A stretch of 62,823 bases of DNA, filler included, from Diploschistes diacapsis (lineage: Eukaryota): assembly GCA_023645945.1 (NCBI GenBank). It is 18 parts of 18 records of this genome, joined end to end, with 100 filler letters (N's around TTAATTAATTAA, not from the genome) between each part and the next. Parts side by side here need not be neighbours in the genome. Positions count along the whole stretch, not along the records: positions 4,113 to 24,544 come from JALAIB010000344.1; 17 more parts are not named here. The stretch is one strand, 5' to 3'. Under the pieces are notes generated by a model. It was not told where the DNA came from, ran no database searches, and saw nothing but the letters and a program-made list of their open reading frames with translations. Shown here one piece after another: positions 11,521 to 24,544 of the stretch (position 1 is its first letter; the number at the start of each line of letters is the position of its first letter). A program made the translations under genes and the position numbers.

Positions 11521-13824
11521 TCAGAAGCCGCCAGCTCCCCTGACTCTCGCAATGGCGCCCGTAATGCCCTTCAGCCAACTAAGGTGGCCCGGCTTGTTTC
11601 CGATAGCGCCGTCGGCCTGCTTGCCCTCGTGATCGTGCCAGCAACCGTCCTCTGTGGAGACAGCACCGTATATGTGGGTATTCTGGTTGCGGCGGATACC
11701 TTCCGCCCAGGCCGCACAGATTGTTGCACTATCCACCATGACGTTTGATTCAAGGGAATGGTACCAGGACTGAGTGTCTTGGTTGCCATTGCCTTGGATT
11801 CCGACGTGGCCGTCTGCTATGAGGAGTTTGACTATGAACAATCAGTCGAGGATACATGCGAGAACCGGTTCAAGACACAAAAGCCGTTATTCACAACGGG
11901 CAGAGGAAGTTCTTCTGTTAGAAAATGCTTACTGTGACAGCTGCGCTTCTTCTTGCTATTGTGGATCGGTTTCGTTTGATCCTTGGCAATGTAATTGAAG
12001 ATGTGGAGGTGCTTTTTCTCTTCTTCGTTAAGGCTTTGATATAGCTTGTGAGAGATGACTTCGTTGTTTCCACCTTGGAAAGGTAGCAGCTCGCCCTGAC
12101 ATAACATCAGCCAGCACTTTGTGAAAGCAAAGTCTGGGAACTCACAGCGTCGTTGTAGCCCAGGCAGACATAGTAGTATATGTCTATTCCACGTTTGCAT
12201 GCCGCGATTATGGCGGGAACCAGTGGTTCTGCATTCAGATTTGGGGTTTGAATGAAGACGTTGCGCTCAGCATTCCTGATTGCAGAAAGAAAAGCTTCGT
12301 TCTGTGGGACGTGGACGCAGCTATGGTTCGGAGCTGCCACGCTCAGTCAGGATTCTCGTGCTAGAAGATTGCCCTCTTACCGCCCCAGGGTTTCCGGTTG
12401 ACCATGGCCATAGGCACAAGCTCATGCGCTGGCAGTGGGATCATAGTAATCATTTCATCACCTGGATCGCACTCGGGCGCATCGCCTGCTGTATCCTTCT
12501 GCAAAGTTGTATCTGCACCAATAAGCCACGGAATTGAAAAGTGTGATCATCCAAGACTCACTCAGATGCCTTGTTACTGCTTGCATCCTCGTTTCGCTTT
12601 CCTTAGGAGACAGTACAGACTGTGCACGCTTTACTTCACCTGCGATATCAGCATCCCAGTGCGGGTCATCTCCGGTGTGCTCCGGCAAATGCTCCCGATT
12701 TCCAATCTCTGCTACTTTGGATAAATTTCCACCCTCGGGAGTTTGCCTTGGGTCTTTATCACTCATGCCAATGAAACCAGTGGAATGATCGTTTGGCTGG
12801 CGATCCTCCTCCGTGCCGACTTTGGGGAGCGGCTGTCCGGTCAGGTCTCTGAGCAATCCATTCTCATCAAACATCGTATTATGGGACTCCTGCTGAAAGC
12901 TGGGAATGGCTGCTTTCGCGGCAGGGTTGTTGAGCTGGGGGAGAGGAGGGTGCATCGCGTTGTACCAACAGTTGAGAGATAAATCGTAGAAAGAGTCAAC
13001 AATGGGACCTTCAAGATGCGTCATCATTTCTAGATTATCGTTATCCTGAATGTTGTTGCTGCTAATGATCGCAATCTTCCTGTCGACTACCATGAATTTG
13101 GCATGGAAAGTTCCAAATATCGGTCGATGGAAGTTCACAACCTCTAATTCAAGATTCGGGAGCTCCTTCAGTGGAGGTAGGTTGACTGCTCCTCCAACAA
13201 ACTCGGATTCCGGAACATATTGATGGTTATTGAAAACCTGCTTGGGGTTGCCTCGGTCGTACATCAGCTTAACAACGGCCTTCTCGCCCCTCTCGCCGGC
13301 ACGTCTAGACAGCTCCCGGAAGGAGTTTGTGATGATTTTCGACGCATCCGAGTTCATCCAGTAGTTAGTCGCGAGGAAAACTTCTTTCTCAGCCCTCGCG
13401 ATACAGTTGGACATGTGCCGGCAAATGTCTGGAAGAGGCCCAATAACAGTCATCGGATTGACACCACAGCTGCCCACTAGGGGCGGAGATAACATCCCGC
13501 TAAGCGGATCCCCAGCCAACGGACGTATGGAGTCATGGAAAACCTGCCAGTATTAAGAGAAGCTCAGTGGGAAGCGAAATCACATACCTGAAGGAACAGC
13601 TTACTGGGCCTCGTCGGACCCCACTTGCCGCACTCAAATGCCCGTTCAAGATCTTCATCACTGATGCTGTAGTCCTTGAAGTGGTCACTTGATAGCACCT
13701 TCTCACGCTCATCCCCATATAGGCGCTTGGCTATTTCGCCTGGGGCCTCGGTGGGATTCTTGGCCAGCTCGGAACTGACAGTCTGCTCAGCATGACATAG
13801 GTCGTAGATCTTTTGGGCGACCAT
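11521..13824 (-). CDS. Phospholipase D/nuclease superfamily protein with two HKD motifs, about 670 aa, 6 exons (13824-13588, 13543-12562, 12512-12381, 12333-12146, 12095-11933, 11831-11521)
   Basis: HAKFMVVD...SSNN and HIKLLIAD...GNGN, the second motif split by an intron. All five introns are GT-AG and keep the frame. Confidence 0.92.
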
Positions 13825-14501
13825 TATGAAACAATCAGATCGATGTCAGAAAAGCAAGCAAGGCACTACTGCTGAAGACCTCGTTCAGTACACTCAGGTA
13901 GCGCCGACGTCTTTGCTTGGCTGCAGGGACAACGGCATTCGAAATGGGATAAAGCAGAAAGGATAGAGTAGCGGCGAAGTTAAACTTGAATAGGGTATCT
14001 CGTACAGTAATCTGCAACCTTCATTCAACACACGTTGTTGGTGTCTAGGAAAGTGAAGAAGGAAACTGATATTGTTTATTCAGTCATTCACAAAGGCCCC
14101 CACAGCCCTCACAGCTTGTCTATCCCTAGTTAGGTATATCGTCATCGGTGGACAGTTCTGCCAAGTTTCTGCCAGGCTCCATGAACCCCGCGCCGCCAAT
14201 GATAGGGAACGAATCAGAGGTTAAGCGTTTAAGCGAGACCTAAACGTCTTGGCAAAAGGGACTTCGCTGAAATTACTCGATTGAGGACCATCTTCATTAT
14301 TACATTACAGTTTCTTCATTCTTCTAAACCAATCTGAAAGTCTGTTACTAGACATAGTAGTATACCAGAGAGTTTTGACATCACTATTGCTACCGCTTTG
14401 CTACAAGTAGCAGCCATCATTATCTAGATGATAATAAACGTTACTACGCGGCCTCCGATAAGAAATGTTATGTGCTTTAGGAATACTCCGTGGTTATATA
14501 T

Positions 14502-14569
14502 AAAGATATAACATGCTTCTCGGGAGCACCCAAAGATCACATACAAAGATATAACATGCTTCTCGGGAG
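14502..14569. repeat. 25-bp direct repeat AAAGATATAACATGCTTCTCGGGAG x2
   Basis: Copies at 14502-14526 and 14545-14569, downstream of the kinase stop codon. Confidence 0.9.
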
Positions 14570-14636
14570 TACTCCGCCCATTATAATATATAGAAACGTG
14601 CGAAGAAGATTCGATACCTTATATCTGCCAGCATTT

Positions 14637-16266
14637 TCAATCATCTCTAACCCTTTTCAGCTCTCCCAACACAGGAGCTCGCCCTTCAAGGTCCGCGTTT
14701 AGGTGTCTTTCAAAACAAGGCCTCATCAGAGCCGCGCTCGCTGAGATGCGTTCTCGAGGATCCATGACGAGCATTTGAATGATTATTTCGAGAACTGGTA
14801 ATAGCTCTTGGTCTTTCTGAGTCGCCTCTTCCAATTCGGTTTTGATCTTTGTTAGCTTCGAGTTGTCGCTTGGCCACCAGAACTTCTTGAAGCAGAAGAG
14901 CTGGTATCCACAAAGACCGAACGCCCACAGGTCCACTTTGTTGTCGTAGGCTGGTCCGTGCCCGTTCTTTTTCAATGCAAGAAGCTCTGGGGCAAGATAG
15001 CCGTACGTCCCTCTGTGGTGGTTGCGCGACATACTGTTCCATGTAGCGTGGCCGAAGTCTATTAACATAGCGTGTGGAGGCTCACGGCAAACAACGGCCA
15101 TGTTGGCAGGCTTAATGTCCCTGTGCATAAGACCAATCCCATGAATGTATTCAATTGCTTGTAGGAGCTCTGTGAAGAGCTTCAAGCGGATGAGCATGGG
15201 ACAATCAGACTGTACCACGGTCGCTAGACTTTCGGGCGCTAGCGGCGTATACACCAAGTACATATCATCGATCAGATTGGGTGGTGCGTCAAAACTTCGC
15301 CTCGAAACGGTATCCACAAGGGTACAAAGGAATCTCTTTTCATGATGTTAGAGACAACTTCAGGCAACGGTGCAATTGGCCTACCCTTTCTCCATGCTCC
15401 CGCAGCTTCTTCAATATCGCCACTTCGTTATCGAGGCTTTCCATATTACCACGATGCTTCGTAACCCTTTTAACAGCGACTAAGGCACCGGTAGTTGAAT
15501 CGAAGCCGTAACATACAACACAGGATCCCCCGAGAGCTAATGGCTCCTTGATTATGTAACCCGAGATATGGTAGTCGGCATCTGCAGGAGTCGGGTCAAC
15601 GTATAAAGGAGGCTCGGCAGAACCGGTACCGAACACCTCCTTGATTTCGTTTATGTACGATCTGTACACTTCTTGCGGGATGTCCGTATACTTGAGCTCG
15701 TAACGTAAATTGCCAAGCTCGATCGAAGATGATCTAGATGGAACGGCCATGGAGGTACCCCGGAGGACGTTTGTACCATACCCGAACAACAAAACTTGCC
15801 GATTAATCTCCGCTGTAATGAGTAGCAGGTATGAATCAAAATTGAAGTTCAAACGGCAGTGTTGCGAATTCACGCCATCATGACGAGATCGTGTCGTTAG
15901 GAGAAACTCAACGTCTTCATGGCCTGTTCTCAGACGTCCGCTGCCAAGTCTCCAGCCGCGATGCGGGTTAGATGGTAATTGCTTAAAGTCCAATGCATAT
16001 CCCCCCGTCCATCGTGTTTTGCTGTTGAGTTCGGCTTCTGAGCTCTCATTCTCACTCTGTTGGCTTGATGATGATGTATCGCCACGGCTTGGTTCATAGA
16101 AAATGTATTGACGGGCATAGGGTATCCAATCTGAATCCTGAATGATACGGTCAATAACTAGACTAAATGCGATTTTTGCGGCTGGGTTGCCAGGAACCAG
16201 GTGAGCGAAGACACTCGTGTGTTCAAGGATCTCGGTAGACGTAGGTGATCCCACTGTTTCAGACAT
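14637..16266 (-). CDS. Ser/Thr protein kinase with an N-terminal FHA-like region, about 526 aa, 2 exons (16266-15385, 15335-14637)
   Basis: Gly loop LALGGSCVV, VAVK, HRDIKPAN, DFG, APE and DLWAFG are all present. FHA-like GWRLGSGR...GVNSQHCRL. 49-nt intron with a CTAAC branch site. Confidence 0.9.
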
Positions 16267-16280
16267 TTTCGTGATTTCAA

Positions 16281-16345
16281 TGTCTCGGAGGGTTCCTCAA
16301 GTATATAAATCACTGTCTCGGAGGGTACCTCAAGTATATAAATCA
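16281..16345. repeat. 33-bp tandem duplication immediately upstream of the kinase ATG
   Basis: TGTCTCGGAGGGT(T/A)CCTCAAGTATATAAATCA x2. Confidence 0.9.
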
Positions 16346-16837
16346 TGCAACTTATTAATCCAGAAGATGCAAAAATGCAGCAAATGAGCGGAATAACAAC
16401 ATATCATATATTCATTCAAAGAATAGAAGCGACGTGGACTTCTATTCCAGTTTTTTGAGGTGGCGGTATTATTGCACATGCAAAAAGAGAAAACAAGTGA
16501 ACCAAGCACAAGTAGGTTGTACTGTCTAGCATTCAGACATGTGGTAAATGAGTAACAAGATAACTGCTAAGTCATATCCTTTCCGATCTCTTTCTTAACG
16601 GTTACTCACTGGCAAGCCACTCAAAGAACCACCCAGCCTAAAAGCAGCCGTAATGGTCTAGGCTACAGAATTGATTTTGATATTAACCTTAACTCCGTGG
16701 AGCTTCTGGCCATCGTCATGCGCAAAATCTATAAAATAAATTTCCAGTATTATAACCATTACAAACGCCAATCATCTTAATTACACATTTTATAAATATT
16801 CTAACAAGTGACAGCACTTTATGTTTTTATGAAGTTA

Positions 16838-17098
16838 TCAATTATATAGAAAGGTTTTTTTTTCGCTTTCTATTTCTCTTATTTCGTTTTCTATTTTTCT
16901 TATTTCGCTTTCTATTAGATCTATATGTTCTCTCGTCTTAGCCATTTCTTTGTCGAGTACATTGGCCTGGGCAATAGCAAAACTTTTAGTAAAATCGTTT
17001 TTATCGGCATTAGGATCTATTCTGGCTAACGCTTCATCTCTTCTTATAGTTTTATCTAGTTGCTCAATATTAAGGTGTCTTATATGTTCTCTGTACAT
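16838..17098 (-). other. AT-rich 86-aa coiled-coil ORF, possibly organellar-derived (NUMT) or a relic
   Basis: Open frame with strongly A-ending codons (ATA, GAA, AGA) inside a ~50% GC neighbourhood. Confidence 0.3.
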
Positions 17099-17283
17099 AT
17101 CTTCAGTGGGTGTGTTGGCAGGTCACCGGTATTGTTAAGGATTATCTTTGACGCTAGTGGTTATTTGGTTAGCGCTAACGCTCTGGTCATATCACCAACT
17201 CCACCTCACACCTCACATCGTCAAAGACTGTAACAACACACAATCGAAGAATGGCTCCTATATGCACTTAGTTCGCTCAATAG

Positions 17284-18493
17284 TTGATGGATATCTCAGC
17301 AAATCTCGTATCCCGACCAAGTTCGGGCCCATCTACCCCTCAAAGCCGCACATTCGACACGTCCTTGACGGAGTGGCGTATGGGCCACCTCATCCAGCTT
17401 TTAGAAGAAATCAGGGACACTGGTGCGCTTCCCAAATGGAAGACGGAGTATCAACTCTATCTTCTGGCTGTCCGCGACTCGATGATTCCAAACTCACCAG
17501 GAAGTCGAAGTTCTTCCATCTGTTCGTACGATGAGGACGAAATAGCGCCAGAGACCCCAGAAACAGCCTCTACAGCAAACACCATTGAGAGCGATATTGA
17601 AGATATCGAAATATCACATCCTAGATCAGAACGAAAACGATCTATTGCGTCAGACGGGCCTGAGGATCATCTCAACAATATCAACGAAGAGCCTGATTCG
17701 AAGAAACAATGCTTAGCGGATGGGAGGATTCATGAAAGTCTTGTTATTCGTCGAAGCTCTAAAGGCTTTGGAATGCTACTTTCACCAGAGCACAACACAG
17801 TTGCAGATGTCTGCAACCTGGAATGCTCTTGCAGCGACTTGAGCCCGCTACCCACTTTACAAACCCCAGTGTTGAACGTTCTATAACAGGGCTTCAGCTT
17901 GCGCTTCCCGTGTTACAGTTGGACAGTAACAAATGGAAAGCGAAGCTAGTCAAGAAGCCTTTCAAACCTTGCTCCCAGAAAGGTTCAAAAGTCAACCGCG
18001 CTTAGGCCGTTTTCAAGCAAACCCCTGGTTTCCAGCACACGTAAAATCAGAAAGCGTGCTAATCAAGCATGAACTCTATCAAGAAAAAAGGTCGGAGGCC
18101 GACCACGCCAAGCAAGGAAAAGTCATGCTAGTAGCATCGCTAGCGATATTCGATATCAGACTTCTGGAGACCCTTTTAAACACATCACATATCTATCATT
18201 CCTTCTTCGACCGGTCCTTGGGCTCATTTACTACCACAATGCAGCAGAAAAAGGCAGGTGTCTTCGGGCAGCCGGCTAAAAGGATCAGCGACAGAGGCGG
18301 AAGCAAGGGCTGTCAGAGGATGAGTAGGGCTAGCCACATTTGTTTATACTTTAGTGTCAGGGGAACGTTGGCTCCTTTTCTGAATCCCGATTTCATGTAC
18401 ATACTGCAAGATAAGCAATATCAATCCTTCCATAATCTACCGGGGGTTTCCGTTTCCTCATCCTTTACTTCTGCATCAATCAATGCTAGGTAG
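17284..18493 (+). CDS. Hypothetical protein or decaying gene (exon structure unresolved)
   Basis: ORFs 17284-17886 and 17933-18493 have protein-like composition (acidic/Ser-rich, KRKR-type basic patch) but no recognisable domain. Confidence 0.3.
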
Positions 18494-19677
18494 GATGCAC
18501 GAGGGCGAGTCCTTACCTCTGAAGCACCACTACTACTCGTGGTGTTTAGAGCTCATTTGGCTGCAAGCGAGTGAAGCCCATGGATCAACGAATTTTAAAA
18601 TTCTGGATTGCACCCACTGCCACGGACTTCTACGGCTTGCTGCCACATTGGAACTGTCCTGTTGCACCCGCACCTCTCTCCCAAGACACATTCACCATGC
18701 CCGCCGCGAGCGGCGATGCTATATTCGGTTTTCATGCTGCCTGTGCTCTCGTAGCCCCATGCCGCCGGAAGATAGATGATCTGTGACAGGGCATCTTCGC
18801 ACATTCTGCAGCACTCTGCTCTCCATCTCCCGTCCCAGATGGCTCTGCCGTGCCGTGGCGAGAACTGGTAAAAGCAACAGACGAATGGAAAAAATCATGA
18901 ACATGCTGTTTTTCGGACATCCTTGGGATGGGGAGGATGATTACGTGGCCCCGACAGAGCTTTTGTTCCAGAGAGGATGGGGCGAACATGGACGAGGGCG
19001 TTTTTGCAAAAGTTGCACCTCTGGAGAATGTGCAGACTGTTGGCTCCTGTTCGGTATGTATAGGGTTCCTGTAGCGTCCCCCCTCTATGGACAATGATAG
19101 ACAATCTCGAGGAATTAGCTCCATTGTAGCTCGACGGTTGGGTGTTCTGTACAACCTCATCCGCTATGGTGTCCTTCTGAGCTTACCTCGAGACTCCTTG
19201 GTAGAGTGCAAAGGACGCACACGAAAACAGGCCAAGTAGAAGATAGAAGATACTACACAAGCAAATGAAAGTACGGTCGGTCGGTCGATTGGGAACTCGA
19301 AGTGATAAAATGGAATTTATATCCCCATTCATTTGTCAACTACTTGCCGAGTGGATGGAAAACATCTTCGCGGTGCTGCAACCCCTGCGTCGCCCTGATA
19401 TGGAAAACAGATATTCTGTCCCCTTTCGTTTTTGCTGTGCATCGCACAACCCGTATTATGTCCGCCACCGATCTCGGTATACACCAAATCTTTCCACTCA
19501 AGGCCGTAGATGCTCCATGTGCTATTATATAGAAATGGCTTTTCTTCAATTACTCCAAAAAAAATGCTGATTGTCGCTTCGCTTGCTTTCATAACTCGAC
19601 AAAGTCATTTTGCTGTAGCCGTCCATAAGATCGTTCAGCATCCGTTTGCCATTCTCTCACACAACGGAGCAAGGAGC

Positions 19678-22600
19678 CTACTCCCACCGCCTCCACTCAC
19701 CAACCAATGCTTCCATCTCCTCTGCCCTCCGGTGCACCGGCACTCTCTGCAATTCATCCACTTTCTTCTGCAGCTCCCTCTCTTTCCCCACCCTTGCTAA
19801 TGCCTCCCTCCTCAAGCCCTGGAAATCATTCCTGTCACATGCCCTCTCGAACACCGACCTCATCCTCGCGGAGTAAAGCTGACAGCTCATCTTCTCGTTG
19901 TCCCTGCCTGCTGGCGGTAGTTGTGAGTTGCCGTTGAAAGATTTCGCAATATCCGATCCGCGAATGACGGCAGGCCACACGGTATTTACGTAGCACTCCT
20001 CGCACACCGTAAAGTCCGGTAGGTGCGGTATGAAATACCAGGGCACGCCCCGAAATTGGTCGTCTCGATGGCAGGGTTGTATGTCAGCGTAGGAGCGGGC
20101 GAGGGAGACAAAGCGCAGCATGTTGGGCTCACGGTGGTGCTTGAGGGCTTGACTGGAGATCTCGTCAAGAAGATCAACGTAACGGGTGAAGCGGGGGGAT
20201 TCGAAGGTGAGGTCGCATGAACGCTTCTTGGGGTCTGCATAAGGAACAGCCTCGAAGTGCCCTTTGAGATTGGGAAAGAGGGTTTCGACAGAGCGTACGC
20301 ATGAGGGACATGCATCGAAGTTCGGCACCAAGCGCCCATGCTCCTCATCATAAATACGACGCCACGGGCGAACAGCGAGGTTGCGTCCAGGACAAGGGGA
20401 CTCGTGGGCAATGCTCACGATAACGTCGCGTATCAGGGTTTTGCTGGCTTTGCCCTGAAGCACTAAAAGCCAGGCCATACGCACCCAAGGAATGGAGAGG
20501 TCGCAACGCGTTTGATAAGTGGTAGAGCGGGGTGGGCTGGGGACGAAGGAAGCAGTAGATCCACCCGCTTCGAGAGCCTCTTTACAGGAGGGGCATATGT
20601 CGAGGTCGGGGGCGTTACGGAGAGTCCACCAGTCGTTGTGGCCCGTTACAAAGCCTGGTCGGGGACACGGTGGGAGGCTGGTAGGGGGATCTCGGGGCTT
20701 GAATCTCGTTTGGGATAGAGGTAGCCGTGCCGATTGTGGCGAGGCATGGTGCTGGTCATGTTTCTGGTTCCTTATGTGTTGATCGGCATTCCGGAATGGA
20801 ACGCTGGTAGGTGGCTGTTGAGAGTAGGGAAGATGCTGTGCGGACAGATCTCCGCCCAGAGGTCGTCCACGCATGTCCGGCCTAGTACCATGCCAGGTCT
20901 TCATGGGTGTCTCCAGGGTATGTCCATGTACATCGACTCTGAGATCCTGCTTAAGGGCTCGTGAAGGCGCGGGTGCCGGAAGCGGTGACGCTGACTGACG
21001 ATATGGTGGAGGGTCTGTCCGCCTAGAAGTGTCTCTTGACTGACGCTCTGTAGACACATCACTCGAAGGATGCATTACGGGTGGACTGGGTCTAGAACGA
21101 TGCAGATTGGACTGAGGCTGGTGATCATCCGTGCACTTCAAGTGTGAGACGATAGGATAAAATGGAATCGCGCTTGCAATGAAAGAAGACGCTGGTAGAT
21201 GGTGATTCTTGGCGACGCTTGGTGAATGCTCCTTCGAGTAAAGACCGTCTTTTGAGCTCGGCTGTGGACTTGAAGGTGGCGTGCCATGATCGGAGGTTCG
21301 AGGTGACCCCGACTGCGAGCCTACTGCAGCCGGTCGCGACGAAACCGACTTCACAGGCAAGTCATGACAATCCTGGCTTTTGAGCGGTTCCGGTAGAGGT
21401 CGTAGTGCTGGTTCCCATCGTTGTTCTAATGGATTCGTAGGCCTCTCGTGTTGCTTTCTTTGTCCACGGACCTGTCTCACAGGATAGTCTTGGCTCGGGC
21501 CTTGACCAGAAGCATCTATCCCGTCAAGCTCAGAAATGTTTCTTGGGCTTCGCTTTTCCCTTCTTGGGGACTCATCCGGGCTAACATCTGGCTCCGAATT
21601 TGTCTCTACCGCATGATCCTTGGGTGCTGGCTTACGAAAGGCAGGAGCAGTTCCAGGGGTCGGAGGCAGAGGAGAGTGCAACTGAGAGGGATGATCTCGT
21701 GCAAAGGAAGGCGTCTTGCTTTCACCGCAATAACCCATGGCGGACATGTGCCTCATGTTTTGTGGCCGGTGATCAGCAGAACCGGAAGAGCCGGACATTG
21801 TCCGATGTCTTTCTGCGAACGGAAGATACGGCGGATGACGTTCTCCACGACGTCTGACCTTGAGCTCTTCCAGCGTGCCCGGATACCGGGGCTCCTGATG
21901 TCCGAAATAGTCTTGATTGTGTGGGTGCTTGCTCACATCTGGAGGAGGCGCGTAAGGTTCCCTGCGCGTCGAAGATCCCACCTTGTCCGTATTTGCTTTC
22001 CTGTCTTCTTCGCGGACCCGATGCGCTTGCCACGCAGCCCTTCTTGGTCTGACAGAGTTGGCGAGAACATCCTGTATCGACGGGCTTGCCAGTGGTGTGT
22101 TCTGCCTGCGTTCGCTCAGATGTTCCCGATCATCGAGTTTGGATTGCGATCTGGGCCGCTGGAAACGGTCGTGGTGCTCAGGACTAGCCTCTGTCGGCGT
22201 CGGGGGCCCAGAGCTTTCATCTGACGAGTCTCCATGGAAACGTACGCCCTTCTTTTTTCCCGGCTTGGCCGGCTGAGATTCTGCTGCTCTGACGCCTTCC
22301 TCCTTCCCAACTTCCATCAGCACCGGCTGCTGGTCCACGCTTCCACGTACCTTTGCCTCGCTAGGGTCGAGCTCAGGCAGTGACGGCGAATGCTCCCTCG
22401 ATAGCGAGGTGACTTCGTCTTCGACGGACGGAGATGGTGGCCAAGGGATTTTCGGTGGCCGAGGGAGCGGAGCGGCGAGCATTGAGTGGTTTGAGAGATC
22501 ATCATGGTGGATATATTTTGGGTACTGGTTATGGCGTCGTGGATCGCTCATGTCGTCGCTGTATGCATGTTCACTTTGTCTGCAACGAGAGAATAAGCAA

Positions 22601-22711
22601 GCCAGCAAGGCATTGGGCAAACACAAGATGGCGAATGGCTACTGACCGGTAATGGTCCCCACGGCAGTAAATTTCTGGATAGCGGTATGCAGAAGCCGTG
22701 TATGAAGGCAT
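19678..22711 (-). CDS. Large fungal protein (about 990 aa): disordered Pro/Ser/Arg-rich N-terminus and conserved Cys/Trp-rich C-terminal domain. Probable exons 22711-22647 and 22579-19678
   Basis: 982-aa ORF with repeated units PCP..W..L...F.(I/A/V)C..C...CD(L/Q). An upstream ATG exon joins in frame through a GTCAGT...GCAG intron; that start is inferred. Confidence 0.85.
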
Positions 22712-24159
22712 ATCAGGGAATTGATTCCATAAGTTCAGCGCCTACTGTCAGTTTACAAAACCACGAGACGCTCAGTAAAAGCAAATAAGCATCAGTTCCT
22801 CGAGGAGGAACAACGCAAGACATCTACCCAAGTCGAAAGCAGCGAATAGTGAGTGGCCAGAACAGGAACGAAACCCCTTCCAATGGCATGAATGAATGGA
22901 AAGGATGTTGAAGGTGGAGGGGAGATAGAGACTAGCGCGACTATATCTGCATGCGAGGGACAGCTGAGCCGATTTGTTAAGGAATTGTGTGTGTGGTGAG
23001 ATTCGTGCGGTGAGATTCGCGCGGGAGAAGTCGCGTGGGAGAGGTCGAAGTGGTTAACTGTTGCAGTAAAATTCAAAAGGCTTGTTCAGTCAGACTGAGC
23101 CACCTTCCCTTTTCTTTCCTATAGCCCATCTCGATTGTCTTCCTCGAAGCTCTGTATCTGCTCTGTATGCAAAAAGTCGGTGGACTAGTCGAGTCGTGGT
23201 GGTCGTGGTCGAGGGCAGCGGGGCGGTGCAGTAGACTAGAACTACAAATGAATACTACCTAGCTAGTTGGATGACAGTGCATTGGCGAGCTCGTACAGTT
23301 GAAAGCTTTTGAAGCTGTTGGCCCTTTTCATGAAGATGTTGAGCCCTTCAACCCGATTTGCTTCGTCCTTTATGACCAATATGTGCCCGCCTTCACGTAA
23401 CAAATCCTTATCTTGATGCAGTATGGCTCTCGGGATAAATAAAATTGATAGATCTCCAACACTTGCCGTGAGCTCTGTCCAAGGTTCCACACTCGAGAAT
23501 CTCTGTTATCGAGCATGCATGCAACATACAAATAGAAGTATGTTATCGATTATCGATGCTACTCAGCGGCAGGCAGCCTCCAGAGCTCCCGGTATCACCA
23601 TCCATTCCACCTGTATTGGCCTCTAAGCTGCCGAGTATCCTCCTCTTGCTCGCCATGTCGTCGAACTCCCCTCACTTATGACGGTCTGCTTACCTGTACT
23701 CGGTATCAATAATGCTTCGTCTCCATGCTTGGCACCTGTCTTTGTATGCAATAGGATGATCGAAGAAAGAATCGTCGAGGATGTACAGGTCAACAGCAGT
23801 GTGGCATCATTGATACCAGTAGCAGCCACCATGGGATGGCCTTTTTCCTAGGATCAAGAGCCGTTAGCTGTGACGCCACAAGTTATTGCCTTTTCATGCT
23901 AGGGCTCCTACGAGGCAGAACTGCCAGTCTGACAAACACTTAGAATGACGAACTATTTTGGAAAAAGGGAGGAGATTGTGTGCGCGCGGAGAATGCAGTC
24001 TTAAATCCGTAAGAGGGCTCTTGCGGAAAAACTTTGAGCCATTTCTATTTGAGCTTCGAAGTAACTGCTGTTAAAGACCAATCGAAACCACATCAACTTC
24101 TGCCCGACCTCAAAGTCCTTAAGCCTGAAGCATATATATCAACCACCGAAATCTGCATA

Positions 24160-24544
24160 TCCAAGAGCAACCGACATTCCACCTCGAGCTAAAACGTGCC
24201 ATTGCAGACCTTGGACCTGCAGCAACGGAACACCAGAGTCGATTGTAGACTCCTAGAAAAAAGAGGGTAGAGGCAAACATCCAAAGTCCGCATCGAAGGG
24301 GACAGACAAAACAGTGGTTGAAACGAGGAATGTACGTGCTTGAAACAAAACGCCAACAACCCTAGCGCAGGCCTGGCCCTCCCATAAGACTGACCGCAGG
24401 AGACAGCCGAGGGCAGTCTGTCCCTCCAACCTCAAGAAGCCGTACGCGGGTTCAAGCTTGAAATCCATCAGCACCCCCCACTGCCCAAGCCAAGCAACCT
24501 CAGTCCGCCAAACCCCCACGCACGACCACCATGGCCACCAACCC
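24160..24544 (+). mobile_element. Possible 5' UTR and ORF1 start of a non-LTR (LINE) element at the contig end
   Basis: C/A-rich leader ending in ACCACCATGGCC (ATG at 24531) just before the assembly break. Could instead be an ordinary truncated gene. Confidence 0.3.

Noticed and set aside
8481..16266. Secondary-metabolite cluster or operon-like system from MFS + PLD + kinase
   Set aside because: There is no backbone enzyme or tailoring genes. Shared orientation alone is not evidence of a common function.
21448..22224. 258-aa plus-strand ORF and other overlapping ORFs within 8400-22700
   Set aside because: They are antisense or alternative-frame shadows of well-supported minus-strand genes.
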